Source of the DNA: Salpingoeca rosetta
Taxonomy: Eukaryota; Protista; Choanoflagellata
DNA: 64,000 nucleotides
Assembly: GCA_033442325.1 (NCBI GenBank)
Contig: JAWQFM010000012.1
Location: 333,781-397,780 of the forward strand
Reading direction: 5' to 3'
The notes below the pieces were generated by a model that was not told the origin of the DNA, did no database searches, and worked only from the letters and a program-made list of their open reading frames with translations. Positions 39,376 through 54,789 of this stretch are shown in pieces. Within the stretch, counting starts at the first letter, position 1. Every line of letters starts with the position of its first letter. Position numbers and translations under genes: made by a program.

Positions 39376-41769
39376 ATGGACGTGCACCACTGGGCGTTTG
39401 TGGCGCAGCACTTGGATGCGAGCAGCCTCGCTGCTCTCATGTCCGTGTGCAGGGTGCTGTTTCACGACCTGCCCTGGCTCCTGCCAAAGCATGCCCTGGA
39501 ACGACAGCTCAATTGCACTCTGAAACAGTTTAGCTGGGACAGGCCAATGCAGGCTGGATCTGCTGCGCCTCCGATCCACGACACAACCACCACCAGCAGA
39601 CAGCACACGCCCGCGGTTGCTGCAGGCGGTGATCCAGACATTCTTCTCCTTGAGTTCAACCTTGAGCGCTTCTTCGTCTATTCTTGGCTTGGAGCTCACT
39701 GGGATGCCGGCAGCGTGCGTGATCTGGCTGCAGCAGCCAGTGGCGAGCGGTTCGGTCGATGCGTCATGCTGCAGTGGCACGTCAGCAGGGACCCGTATCA
39801 TGCGCCATTTGGGCGGTGCTATCGCCTGCGCATTGTGGCTAGCCCCAAGCAGGTGCCACCGGCACATTTGGAGCCCTTCCACAAGCACCCGCCAACGTGC
39901 GCCCTGGACATTAAGTGTGATCCGCACCATCCCCTTCTTCAAGAGAGCATCGAGGGCCTTCTGCAGCAGTGTCTCTCTGCGCATGCGCTTCAGCTTCACT
40001 CCCTCGAAGCTCAACTGGAAGATGAACAGTGGTTGCTTCTCTCGCGTGCTCTGGAGCAGCGCCGCAACGCTGGCCTGCCTCGCTTGTCAAGGCTCGAATG
40101 TACAACAAATGCTGCCTCCATTCCTCCGCTGTGCCATGTCGACTCGCTCTCCATCATCGCCCAGAGCGCAACAAGACTGGGCCCGTTTGCCGACATCAAC
40201 GTCATTTCCCTCTCTCAGCTCGACAGAATCGGGCGCATCCTTGGATGCCACAACGTGGACACGTTTGCCGTTGAGCTATACGGTGACGACGTTGACTCGC
40301 CCATCGATCTGACCGGCTTGGAGGGCATTCCCTCAGTCACCTTCTCTGTTATGCAAGACAGCTGCAGCGCCGACTTGATGCCACTGGCACACGCAACGCA
40401 GACGGTGGAGCTGTCGCACCTGCATGTGCCCAACCTCGCACCGTTAGCGAATGCAGCGAGTGTGTGCCTGCACGCATGTGACGGCTTTGCCGACACCCGC
40501 CCATTAGCTGCAGCAACCACCGTCGAGGTCTCACACAACGACAGCCTGAGCGGCATCGTGACATTGCCTTCAGCGACATCCCTGAAGCTGCAGTACTGTC
40601 CCCACGTCACTGGCATGCTGATGCAAACTTCCGGCCCAGTCACGGAGCTGCAGCTGACCTCGTGCCTACAGCTGACGATGCTGCCCCAACTCGCTCCCGC
40701 CACGCTTCAACGCGTGGAGCTTCGCAGCCTCGCCATCACGGATCTCGCGCCTGTTGCCAACGCAACGCACATCACTGTCACCGGCTGCAACGAGCTCAAC
40801 CTCACCAAGACTACTGCACAGACCTTGCCGCTCACGTTTGCCCGAAGTGTACACATTGGAAGCATCCAGCATCTGCGACGCCTCCCGCACATGCCGCGCG
40901 TGTGGGACCTCTCGCTTGCGAGCGTCCCGTCCTGCTGCTACCTTGACCAGGATGATGCATCAGGGAACCACGCCAACGACAGTGGCAGCACCGCGCATGC
41001 CGTTGATGTTGCCACCGGTGACAACGATGGCGATGGCATTGCTGATGGCGGGGTCGCACTGCATGTGCACAGCACAGAGCAGGAGCCGGCGTTATCTTCG
41101 CGGTTCAAGCGCCGGCAACAGGACTTGAAGCACCTACGCAGCCTCAAGCTCCACGACACGCCGTTTCCGCCCTTTGAGCTCCCACAGCTGCAGAAGTTGG
41201 TGCTCAGAGGCGATGTCTTGCCCTCGTCATTTGCGCTGATGCCACGCGCGCGTGATGTCACGATTTCGTGCTCGTTTGGGCGCACCACGCTTCCGCTCCT
41301 CCCCGACCTGGGTGTGCTGTCACACCTGCAGTCGCTCAGCCTCAGCAATGTGGATGTTGGGTCCGCGTGCTCCCTGCGCCACTTGAAGAAGGTGAAGCTG
41401 GTCAAGTGCGTGGGCAAGTGCGAGCGCATTGAAGACGTGTCTGAGGTGTTGATTCGTGGGTGCGCCGGCTTGACCGTGGATCGGCTGGCGGATGCGCACA
41501 AGGCGGCCATCTGGGACGCGCCTGCAGCCGTGGGTGTGATTCAGCACATTCACACGCTCACGTTTACGTATGTCAACGAGTTGCGGTGCGGGAGCGTTAG
41601 CAACGTGCAGCGTGTCATCTTCGATGCCTGTACCCGCTTGAAGGCGCTGCCACCGCTTGGCCCCGACATTGACACGGTGCAATTCAAGCGCCAAACTCCA
41701 ACAACGCTGGGCGGTGTCGAGAACGTGCGCCGCGTTCTTTCTCCCTCCGATCAAGATACGTTCCCATGA
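39376..41769 (+). CDS. Intronless leucine-rich repeat protein with F-box-like N-terminus
   Basis: About 800 codons without interruption. The N-terminus WAFVAQHLDASSLAALMSVCRVL resembles an F-box. Degenerate LRRs follow (LxxLxxA..V.LxxC, e.g. ITDLAPVANATHITVTGC, LSHLQSLSLSNV). Confidence 0.7.
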   Translation: MDVHHWAFVAQHLDASSLAALMSVCRVLFHDLPWLLPKHALERQLNCTLKQFSWDRPMQAGSAAPPIHDTTTTSRQHTPAVAAGGDPDILLLEFNLERFFVYSWLGAHWDAGSVRDLAAAASGERFGRCVMLQWHVSRDPYHAPFGRCYRLRIVASPKQVPPAHLEPFHKHPPTCALDIKCDPHHPLLQESIEGLLQQCLSAHALQLHSLEAQLEDEQWLLLSRALEQRRNAGLPRLSRLECTTNAASIPPLCHVDSLSIIAQSATRLGPFADINVISLSQLDRIGRILGCHNVDTFAVELYGDDVDSPIDLTGLEGIPSVTFSVMQDSCSADLMPLAHATQTVELSHLHVPNLAPLANAASVCLHACDGFADTRPLAAATTVEVSHNDSLSGIVTLPSATSLKLQYCPHVTGMLMQTSGPVTELQLTSCLQLTMLPQLAPATLQRVELRSLAITDLAPVANATHITVTGCNELNLTKTTAQTLPLTFARSVHIGSIQHLRRLPHMPRVWDLSLASVPSCCYLDQDDASGNHANDSGSTAHAVDVATGDNDGDGIADGGVALHVHSTEQEPALSSRFKRRQQDLKHLRSLKLHDTPFPPFELPQLQKLVLRGDVLPSSFALMPRARDVTISCSFGRTTLPLLPDLGVLSHLQSLSLSNVDVGSACSLRHLKKVKLVKCVGKCERIEDVSEVLIRGCAGLTVDRLADAHKAAIWDAPAAVGVIQHIHTLTFTYVNELRCGSVSNVQRVIFDACTRLKALPPLGPDIDTVQFKRQTPTTLGGVENVRRVLSPSDQDTFP

Positions 41770-41784
41770 GCTTCTGAGCTTGTC

Positions 41785-41830
<46 letters not shown>

Positions 41831-42421
41831 TGGGTGTTTGTGGGTGCGCGTGCGTGTATGTGTGTGTGTGAACGAGTGCGTGCGTGTGTTTGCGCTTGTG
41901 TGTTGGTGCGTACATGAATGTGTGCGCTTGTTGTGCGTCAATGCCTCCCTCTTCCTGGCGTTCTCCCTCTGTCTCTCTTTCGTTTCACCCTGTGCGTATG
42001 GTGGCATGCCAGCCACCGTAACGGAACCTTTCTTCTTTTTCACCTTTCGCATTGTTTTTCCATCATCTTCATGTGGTAGAGACATGTCGTGTATGAGCTA
42101 AATGTCTTCTGATTATGTGGCCTTAACGATTGACATTGCGACACCCGCAATGCACACCCTTTGTCATTCAAGTCAGTCAACCAGTTCTGCAAACACAGCA
42201 CGCAGACAATGAAATAGTTACAACACATTACACAGACATCCCATATCTACCATTCTAACATTGGCAGCCACCAGATGCACAACGGAGGTCGGCAAGCAGA
42301 GAAAGCACACCGCACAATGGCAAACTGCTATCCATGCAGTGGGTGGTCCCTTGGCGCTTGGATGCTTGGCTTCCACCAACAACAGCGAGCGGGAAAACAG
42401 CCATCACAACAGAGCCGAAGC

Positions 42422-42776
42422 TTATGCCCATGGCGAGGCGTCATGGTCACCGGAATCACTGTCGTGGATGGCGTGGAGCTGTGATCGCAGCTCAGCGCAG
42501 CGGCGTTGCAGCTCATGATAGCGTGCGTACTTGCGCTCCCACAACTCGTGTTGGTCGACCGTGAGCAGCAGCCGGTCGCGGTGTGTTAGCATGCGCCTCT
42601 CAAACGCCACAAGCTTGTCCTGCGTTGTCGCAGAGACCAAGAAATCAATCGGCAACAAGAAAGTCGTGACGGTTAGGAGGCGGCTTGGGCGGCTTGGGAG
42701 CGGTGAGAACAGGCGTCAGCGGCGCACACACTTTTGAACACACCCACAGAACAGTTTACAAACTTGTAGCACTTTT

Positions 42777-42818
<42 letters not shown>

Positions 42819-43225
42819 GGAGTGCAGTTCGTTCAGCCTCGAGCACTTGCAGTTCCTGACAGCGCATCTCAAAGAGCGACGGCAGGGGGCAGCCTTTACC
42901 TTGGCGTGCATCCGCCACCGCCTTGGCGGCAAGCATGGCCTTGAGCAGCGTGTGTTGTCGCTGCAGTTCGGCCAAGTCATCTGCGTGTTGTGGTTGCTGT
43001 CGTGGCGCTGTTGCCTGGCAGGTGCGCTGCCAAGCCGGGGAAGTCGGCGAGGCCGGTGACGATGATGGTAGTGGCATGTGATGGCAGCCATCGCAGCTGC
43101 TGTTGTTCTCTGATGTCAGCTCCGCGATTCGGTGTGCCAGTGCGTGGCACCGCTGCCGAATGTCACTGTACTCCAGCCCCTGCATTGATGGCATGATGGG
43201 CACACGTATGTGTGTGTGTGTGCGT

Positions 43226-43266
<41 letters not shown>

Positions 43267-43279
43267 TGTGTGTGTGTGT

Positions 43280-43328
<49 letters not shown>

Positions 43329-43642
43329 ATGAGTAGATGTGAGCACATGAACATGGCTGTTGGGGCAGCAGGCCGTGTTGTTCGTTTTCCCAGCAAGCAG
43401 CCACAACGTGGACACTGCTGTACCTTCACGAGCTCCTCTGTTTGTGCGATGAGGTGGAGAGGAACAGTTGTTGCTGGTGTCGTGGTTGGCGGCGCTGCTG
43501 CTGCTGCCGCTGCTGCCGTTGTTGTTTGCGCTTGTGTGTGGCTGCAGGACCAGCAGCCGCAACGGGAGACGTCGTGCATGTCAGACTCCATCCTGCGAGG
43601 GTGCCTGTGCTGCTTGCTCAGCTTGTTTGCGGTCAATGGCAT
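42422..43642 (-). CDS. Hypothetical coiled-coil protein (multi-exon)
   Basis: Coding-like segments bounded by GT/AG (CPRCGCLLGK; LEYSDIRQRCHALAHRIAEL...LQVLEAERTALQ; FERRMLTHRDRLL...ELQRRCAELRSQL). No family recognised, and the start and end are uncertain. Confidence 0.4.
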
Positions 43643-44807
43643 GGGTGTTGAATGGCGGCGTATGTGTTCCCTGCTGGAACGGTTGTCGTGCTTTGCCAGG
43701 GGGAGGAATGGGAAGAAATGAACCACGGCTATGCTGGTGGCTGCGTTGCGCTGTGTGCATGGAAGCCGGCTGGAGTCCAAGGGAATGGGATGCGTAGTGT
43801 GACACTCAACCAAGCGTGAAAAAGAGAGAGCATGTGGCAGACACCGAGAGGGTGTTGTTGTGGTTGTCGCTCCTAGTGGTTGTTGTTGTTGTTGTGGTGG
43901 TGGTGGAAGAACATGATTGTGTTTGAATCTTGTGCCAAGGCGTGCCACAGAAACGGTCAGCCATCGTTTGGGAGACACACCGTTGTTGCTACAGTCGTTG
44001 CAGTTGTTGTTGTTGTTGTTGGCGAGGTGGTTGCTGCCGTTGTTGGCGGTTGTGTTGGGTTGCCTACGTTTTGTGTTGGGCGGTTGTCAACACAAGGGCC
44101 TGGTTGGCAGGAGCATGCGTCGCCGGTGTGTCCTTGCCATCGCCGTGCCAGGCGCGCTGCTGCCAGGGCATTGCTCGGTGCCAGTCGCGACAAACCGCAG
44201 TTAGGTGGGCGACAACAGGTCATCGTCGCTCAGGAAACCCTTTCAACGCGTCACAAAACCCGTGCATGTGTGCACGCCCGGGGCTCAAACAAGGCTCACA
44301 GCCCCGTGCATTGTGCGGTGTGCTTGTGCGCGCATGCGAGGTGTTGTCGATCGTGCGTTGGTGCGTTGGTTGGTTGGCAGGCACCGTGCAGCGTTGCTGC
44401 GCGCGCCGTGGCGTTTCGCGTTTGAATTTGCCGCCACAAATTTGAACCAGCAGCATTGCTGCATTGCTTTGGGCGAGTGCCTGCCAGGTGTCTCCTTCCC
44501 CCATCTCTCAAAGCATGTCATGTCACTGTGTTGAATGAGTGAAACCAGGGGGGGGGGGCGGCACAATAGACAGCTGATGAAGGGGACACACACAGGGGAC
44601 ACACACATTACAACAAAGGGAGAGAAAGAAGCAAGCAAAGAAAACCAATGAGGTTGGTGCTTAGCGTCGCAGATGCACACGTGCGGGTATGGGAGGGGGG
44701 GAATGACGGGTTTGCGCAGAAAACAGAGCGTGCGAATGTGTGGGGGTGGAAGAAAAAGGCGAAATATATGTAGATACGTCGCCATGTTGGACGACAAGTC
44801 AAGACCA

Positions 44808-45172
44808 TCACACCATGGCTGCTCCAACGTCATCGACGGTCCAGGACCGGCCCGTGTCCTTCATGCACGAGCAAGGGCCTGCATGGTACTCCACCTCGCG
44901 GCTCGTGCGGTGGCCAAAGTACAGCACCCGCAGCCCGCGGCACAGGCACCAGAAGGTCGAGCAGCCGTGCACACAGCCCTGGGGGAGGGGTGGTGGGTTG
45001 GAAGGGAGGGTGAGTGAGTGAATGGGTGAATGGGTGAGTGGGTGAGTGAATGGGGGGGGGGGTGAATGAGGGGGTGGGTTGGTTGAAACCACACACACAC
45101 ACACACACACATGCACAAATTGGGCATACATGCACAAACATGCATACCACACGCACACGCACGCGAATGCAA

Positions 45173-45220
<48 letters not shown>

Positions 45221-45292
45221 CTTAAACAACAACAACAACAACAACTTAAACAACAACAACTTCAACTTAAACAACAACTTAAACAACAACAA

Positions 45293-45324
<32 letters not shown>

Positions 45325-48067
45325 ACAAAGTTAACAAGTACATCAAGAAGAGCACACCTTGACGACGCCTGGACAGCCCTGGTCCTCACGCACGTCGAGG
45401 TGGAGATCGCGGAAGGCAGAGCGATCACACACGTCAATGCGATCAAACCGCGAGTAAAAGTCGGAAAACGACATCCAGAACGTGCCGTCAAACTCATCCC
45501 GCTCGTGATACTTGCAGCGCCGCGCAACATTCGGGTGCCTGCACAGCGCGCATGTGTACCGTATGTGTGCGTGTTGTGTGTGTCGTGTCGTGTCGTGTCG
45601 TGTAAATGTGTGTGTGTGTTGTGTGAATGAAGACGGGCGTGGATATGGCAGAGTGAGCATGTGTGTGAGCATGTGGGTGTACAAGTGCGGCTTTCTATGT
45701 GAATGCATGCTTGAGCATGTCGACACCAGACCACCATCACAAAACCACCAACATCACAACCAAATGCAGCAAAGAGACATACCGTTCCCAGAGATCGCTC
45801 TTGTCGCTCCAAGGTCCCGTCCACTCGCCAATGGACCAGGGGTTGCGCAGCTGCACCAGCTCGTACCCGCCAACCTCCTTTGCATCAATCAGCGAGTACG
45901 CATGGTGCGACACAAGGCCTGCGTGCGTGCGCGTGCGTGTGTGCGTGTGTAGATTTGGCGTGCGGATGAGTGAGAATGTGAGCATGCTGCACTGGTGCAA
46001 ACACAAACCGCATGACAGCAGGGGGGAGGAGCTATTCTCCTCTCATGTTCATTCTATCCTTCACGCGAGCACATGTACACGCACACATGCAGAGGTACAT
46101 AGTAAGTACATTGACACACACACACACACATGCCCTATCAAAGAACGGACCGTCTGTAGCGCGGGCTTTGTCGTGGATGGAGGCAGCCATCACTGCTCGC
46201 TGGCGACAGAACTGGCGGAGCAGCTCAAACATGCGCGTGTGGTCGTTGCGCTCGTATGTGTCACGCAAGAACATTCTGTCCAACAGCAGCCATGCAAGGA
46301 GGGGGAGTGGAGGGGGCAAGTACATGAGATGACATGGGATGAAATATGAGATTGCGATAAACAGGAGATCCAGCAGAAGGTGACGGCGTAAGTGCACACA
46401 CTTCATCACGCACGCACGCGAAACCATAGCAAACACCACATACACGCACATGTACACAAACGTGCACAGACGGACAGGCAGACACACACACACAGACACA
46501 CACTTGTGGCGCTGCTGCTTCTTGCTGGTGGTGGCCTCAAACTTGTAGATGTGGCGCTCCCACTGGTCCTTGAGGGCGGAGAGCTTGTAGCTGAAGACGT
46601 TGTCGCCAGTTAGCACGTGCCATGCCCAGGGGCTGCGGCCCCCATCCAGATACGCATACCCGCCAACATACTTGGCAAATGCCTTCTCAATCAGGAACAC
46701 CCACAACTCGTTGCCCTACACAAAACACGTGTGTGTGTGTGTGCGTGTGTGCGTGCGCGCGCGCGCGTGTGCGTGTATGTGTATGTAAATGTGCATGTAA
46801 GTGTGTGTGTGTGTGTGTGTGTGTGTTTGTGTTGAGTTCAGGGACGGGTGGAAAGGCACACAAAGGCACATTGAAGTACAAGCACGAGCATCACGTGTGA
46901 CAGTCCTCAGCAACATCACTCAAGTTCAACCGCACACCTTTGGACGGCTGAAATACGGTGTCGTGGTGCCCTTCTTGACGGGAATGAAGTCATCCACAGT
47001 CACGTGAATCCACCTTATCAAGCCACAGCCGCATGTGTCAATAAACACAGCAATGCGTGTGTCACCCCATTTCCATGCACACACATACACACACACTCTA
47101 ACGCATACAACCCCCCCCCCCCCTCACACACACATACACACCCAGCCACAAACACACACGCACATCCAACGCGAGCCGTCTCACTGTTGCTTGCCGACGT
47201 CCCAGAAGCGAAGCTTGTACTTGCCGCGACCACTGTGCTCCTTCTGCACAAAGATATGGCGGATGGCTTGAGGATACCTGTCATTGTCAGCGCGTGTGTA
47301 AACAAAAAGCCAAAGCCAAGCGAAACGTTGCAAGAAGGAGCGTGAGACGCGAGACATCATCCATGCATGCATGCACAGCCATTTAGAGCTAGTCACAACT
47401 AGTCACACGAAACATGCGCACAAAGGCAGACACACAGCCACAGACACACACACACACACACACAGACACACACAGACACACACACACGCACGCACTCTGC
47501 CAAGGACGCGAGGGCGGCCAGGAGCCAGCAGTCGCCAACACCGCCCTGGACAATGTCATCGGGGTTGATGCCATCCTCAAACAGACGAAAGTGCTCGGGC
47601 TCGTTGTCTTGATCTGCGCCAGCGGCAGCAGCTGACGCATGGCCGCGACGCTCCCGCTGCATCTCCTTCAGCAACTCGTCGGCCCGCATCCACTCCATCT
47701 TCTCCTCGATGGCGGCCCGCGGAGCCTGGTAGAACTCGTTGTCGTCGAATGGCTGCTCCTGTGGATCCAAGATTGCAGAGGCGTCGGCGGGGAACTGCTT
47801 GTCCTTGAAGCGATACCAACTCGGACACAGGCCGCGGCACGGTGCGCAGCAAATGGTGCGGAAGGTCCTGTGGAAGAGCACGCCGATGCAGCCCAAGAAG
47901 TAGATGACAAAGGCGTTGTAGATGAGCACAAACGGGCAGCAGAAGATGTTGTACAGCCACCACGCGCCGCCGTCGCAAATGTGCCAGCACGTGTCCAATC
48001 GCGTCTTGTGCAGGCATGACGACGATGACGACCCGCCACCACCACCAGCCGAGGCAGAGGATGACAT
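44808..48067 (-). CDS. Calpain-family (CysPc, peptidase C2) cysteine protease with Cys-rich hydrophobic N- and C-terminal extensions
   Basis: FKDKQFP, IVQGGVGDCWLLAALASLAE (catalytic Cys), VTVDDFIP, ELWVFLIEKAFAK, GLVSHHAYSL (His), LRNPW (Asn), EWTGPWSD, DGTFWMSFSDF. No C2-like or EF-hand domain follows. Confidence 0.92.
45174..45330 (+). repeat. (CAA)n compound repeat, calpain intron
   Basis: Direct reading of the sequence. Confidence 0.9.
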
Positions 48068-48209
48068 GACGCTGCTGCTGCTGCTGCTGTGGAGGGGGCG
48101 TGATGGCAGTGGTCGATTTGTGTGTGTGACCGTTGCTTTTTTGTGCTGTTGGAACTCATTTTTTTTTTGTCCTCTCTCTCTCTGCTCTCTGACAGACGAC
48201 AACGCAGCG

Positions 48210-50129
<1,920 letters not shown>

Positions 50130-50215
50130 AGGCAATGCACTGCAATGCGGTGTTGTGTTGTGTTCATGAAACAACCAGTCGAAAAAGAGGGAATGGTGAT
50201 CGTCATCGCAATCAT

Positions 50216-50285
<70 letters not shown>

Positions 50286-50601
50286 TTTAATCGCTTCGCG
50301 GAATCCCAGCGGTTACGACTGGCGCATTTACGCCTGACCGAATGTGTTTGTTGTTTGCTTGTGCGTGTGGATATGTGCGTGTTTGGACGTGTTGTCTTCA
50401 CGTGCGCTCGTTCCCATCTCTCCTTGCGTGTGTGTGTGTGTGTGTGCGTGCCCGTTGTCGTGCATTTAGCACGCCCACGCAATGAAAAGTCATCAGTGCA
50501 ACCACAGTCACATCGCAATGGCATCTCGGAGGCACAAATGTCCAGCACACGGCCAGGTTTACTATGTTCTTGAACTGAGCAGGGCCCATCTAAGAGCGCG
50601 T

Positions 50602-50733
<132 letters not shown>

Positions 50734-50907
50734 GCGCGCGCGCAAACGAGTCGTTTCCATGCACGCTGCACAAGCACGCATGCACTGCAAACACACCACA
50801 CTTGTTTCACGCAAGTCAAGCTGGCCACACATGAACTGCAAGGTCTACAAACAACGCAATCAACCACCAACGAGTGTCCGTGCTTGCAGGCAACACACGA
50901 GCGCACT

Positions 50908-53882
50908 TCAGTCGAGAGGATCCATATCGAGGTGACCGTCGCTGCTTCCGCCAGTCTGATTCGCGGATGACGATGACGACGATGACGACGTCTGTCCATG
51001 GTGCTGCTGCTGCGTTCGCGATGTGGTGGAAGCGCCTGGTGGCTGCAATTGCGCACTGGCCGACGGCGCTGCTGTCGCTGTCGCTGTGGATGTGGTTGTA
51101 GTTGTTGGAGTCGATGATGACGACGTTGGTGTTGACGGAACACCAGCAGTTGCAAATTGCAACGGACCAAAGGGCCCAAAGGTGCCCAGTGGCCCTTCCA
51201 GCCGCACAGCAGAGACGCGCGGCGGCTGGTGGCGGGCTCCCTGCGCACCGCTACTCGTGGCCTGCTGGTGCTGGTGCTGGTGTCGTTGTTCATGCTGGTG
51301 AAGATGCTGCCGGTGGTGCTGTTCATGCTGCTGCTGCTGTTGCTGCCGTTGCTGCCGTTGCTGCTGAAGATTCGCGGGTGTCCCAAAGCGAATCATAACC
51401 CGTCGACCACCAGGAAGAGCCGTGGTTGTTTGTGGTGCCGTTGTCGTCGTGGTCGTGGTGGTGGTGCCCGGTGTCGCACCCCCACGCGATGCAGAAGAGG
51501 AGGAAGAGGACGACGAAGTTATCGTTGTTGTGGTGGTAGCAGTTCTTGGGGCACCTGCTGCTGCTGTGGCTGCTGCTGGTGCAGACGAAGTTGATCGGTG
51601 CGATGCAGCATGCTCAAGCGTGCGCAGCGTCTGCCGGCATGCAAGGAAACAATTCAGGGGGCGCCACAACCACGACAAGTGCAGTCCATGGCAAAGTGAA
51701 AGCGTAAGTGCGTGATTTGAAGCGAAATGGGGTGCTATGCGCTGAGGACGATGTGAACACGCATTTGTGGTGAAAGCAGCCTTGCCCGATGAACAGACAA
51801 AAACATACGGCAATCACACGCACGAACACACACATGCGAGCACACCTGCATAAACAAACGCAAACAAACACAAACACAAACAAACAAACAAACACATACA
51901 CACACGAATGCACCGCACCCTAAGCTTTGCGTTGTACTGCCGCTCGAGGGCATATCCCTGCTCGAGAAGATCCAGCTGGCGGTCAGCGACGTGCTGCTCC
52001 TCGTTGAAGAGTCCGTCAGCCTCCGCATACAGCTGGTCCTGCCCCTGGCACAGCAACAGCGGCGGCGGTGGCAGCAGAGGTGCATGGTGAGTAGCAGCGT
52101 CAGCGTGATGTGGTTGTTGTGTACTGATGTTGTCTTGTGTCTGTGGGCAAAACACCCACCCACATACACTCACTCACTCACACATACACACACACGCACA
52201 CACACATAATTACATGCACCCCCACCCCCCCCCCACACACACACACCCCACGCACACGCACACACACAATCGTACGCAGACACACAATTGCATGAACCTG
52301 CGGGTCGGTAGCGGCGCGGGCCTGGCGCAGGAGCTGCAGGCGGCGGCGGCGAAGATCAGTGGCGGTGACGGCGAGCTCGCGGCGCTGGGAGGCGAGGCGC
52401 GCCTGCTGGGCCTCAAGCTGCACAAGCTCAACACGGAGCCGCTGGCCCGCAGACTCAGCCTGCACTCAACCACATGACCACACGTAACGACGAGAGTGAC
52501 GTGTGTGTATGTAGGTGTGTGTGCGTATGTAGGTGTGTGTGTGCGTATGTGTTGTTTTGTTGTTGGGGGTTAACGGAAGCGAATGTGGGGCGAAAATCAG
52601 CACGTGATGTGGAAGACAGACTGTTTGCTTGTAGGGCAAAACAGCGATTCGAACCCAGGTGAAACCAGGGTGCACAAGATACAGATGCGCAGCGTCGTAT
52701 CGCACAGAAATTACCACGACACCCAGAACTGCAACCATGATGCATGTTTGTTCATGCATTCGCCTGCCACGCACCCCAGATGAGCTCAGCACGACAGGGT
52801 AGGTGAGGTCAATGCTCGTGGGCACATCGTGCATCCCTTCTGCCATCGGCTGCACAGGCTCTGGCTGCTGCTGCTGTGGCTGTGACTGTGGCTGTGGCTG
52901 TGGCTGTGGTTGTGGTTGTGATTGTGGTTGTGGTTGCTGCAGCAGTTCACTTGGGTGCTGCAGGACAGTGGCAGTGAGCGGCGACATGCCAGGCATCTGA
53001 AACTGCGGATTCTGCACAAACGGCTGTACCCGCGGCTGTTGTCGGTGCTGAGGTTGCGGCTGTTGTCGGTGCTGGCCTTGCTGTGGCTGCTGGCCTTGCT
53101 GTGGCTGCTGGCCTTGCTGTTGCTATCAATCGTCATGACAAACAAGCAATGAATTGTACCAGTGAGGCGACAAAGGAAGGACTGGGAGGGAGGGTTGTTC
53201 GCAACTCGCAATACAATGTGTTTCTGAGAAAGGACACATTGCCACACACCATATCACAATCCCATGCCCTCATGCACACACGAATAATGTGGCATGATGA
53301 CAGTTCGCACCTGCAAGTACTGATCGTCCTCAAAGTCGTGAACGGCGTTCACAATGGACTGATGCGCCTGGAGGGCCAAACAGATGGTTTGTCACAGGTG
53401 TGCAAGCAGCACAAGTGTGCAAGTTGTGTTCCGGGAGGGAGGGGGGAAGGGGCGACAGCGTGCACAAATGGGGTAAGTGAGAGAAGCACACACACGAAGA
53501 CACACACGGGGAGACACACACTCACACGGGGAGACACAGAGACATGGGGACACACACACACGCACACACACGCACACGCACACACACGATGCATCCGTCA
53601 CACGGACACAGATACGTCATAGTGACGCACCGAAGCCATGTCCATCTGCAGGTCCTCCAAGTGCTCCAGGATGTGCAGCAGTGGCGAGAGATTTTCGGGC
53701 CGCTGCCGTCCAGCCCGCACAAACTACACCATGGTGCAACATGGTGTTGGGGACACGCGTCAATAACAACAGAGGCTTAAGACAGCGCTCATACACACCA
53801 AACGTGTGCCTATGCACGCACCGACCGCACACACACACAGAGGTACAGACGTACACACAAACACGCCTACACACACACACGC

Positions 53883-53934
<52 letters not shown>

Positions 53935-54746
53935 CGCCTGCCGACCTGGAGCATGACAGATGGGAGGCGACGGAGGGAGGAGATGAGGTCTCTCAGCGTG
54001 ACGCGGAAGTTAAAGTCGGCTGCTTCCCGTGCACGCACCGTCGCCTCATCTTCGACCTCTTGACCAGCACGATCACCATCACCGCTACCGTCAGTAGCAG
54101 CAGCGTGCTGTTGCTCAGCGTCTGTTGCTGTTGCTGTTGCTGTTGCAGGGGACGGCAATGACGACGGCGCTGTTGACACGGAATGCGCGCTGGGCGTGGA
54201 CTCGCTGACCTTCTTCTTCTTTGCCACCTGTGCAGATGGCTCGTGCGAGGGGCCCTCGCAGTGGATCTCCTCCACCTGCTCACCAGCACCGCCGCCCACA
54301 CTCGCATTCTCCTCGTCGTCATCATCGTCATCATTGCCATCGCCGTCTTGGGTGTCACCAGGGACGCGGGCTGTCTTCGAGACGCCCTCCTTCGTGTTCT
54401 TCTGTGCGTCTTCAACCCCACCGCTGCTGCTGCTTCCCTTGTCCCCCTTTGCCACGCTGCCGCCAACACTGACCTCCGCGTTCGCCGTTGCGCTATCCTC
54501 GGCAGTGTCCATGCCATTCGCGGCCCCATCACCATCACCATCACCATCACCATCACCATCACCATCGGCGTTGAAGTCTGGGTTGGTCCGGCGGCAGTTG
54601 ATGATCTGGCGCGGCAGCTCGTCAAGCTCTGCACACATCCACACAGCAACACACAAAACAGGCCGTAGAGGTGAGCATGTGTTGGAGTGGCTGGTGTACA
54701 TTTAAGTATGAAGTACGTTGACAGCGTCGACAAAATGGGACAAAAC

Positions 54747-54789
<43 letters not shown>

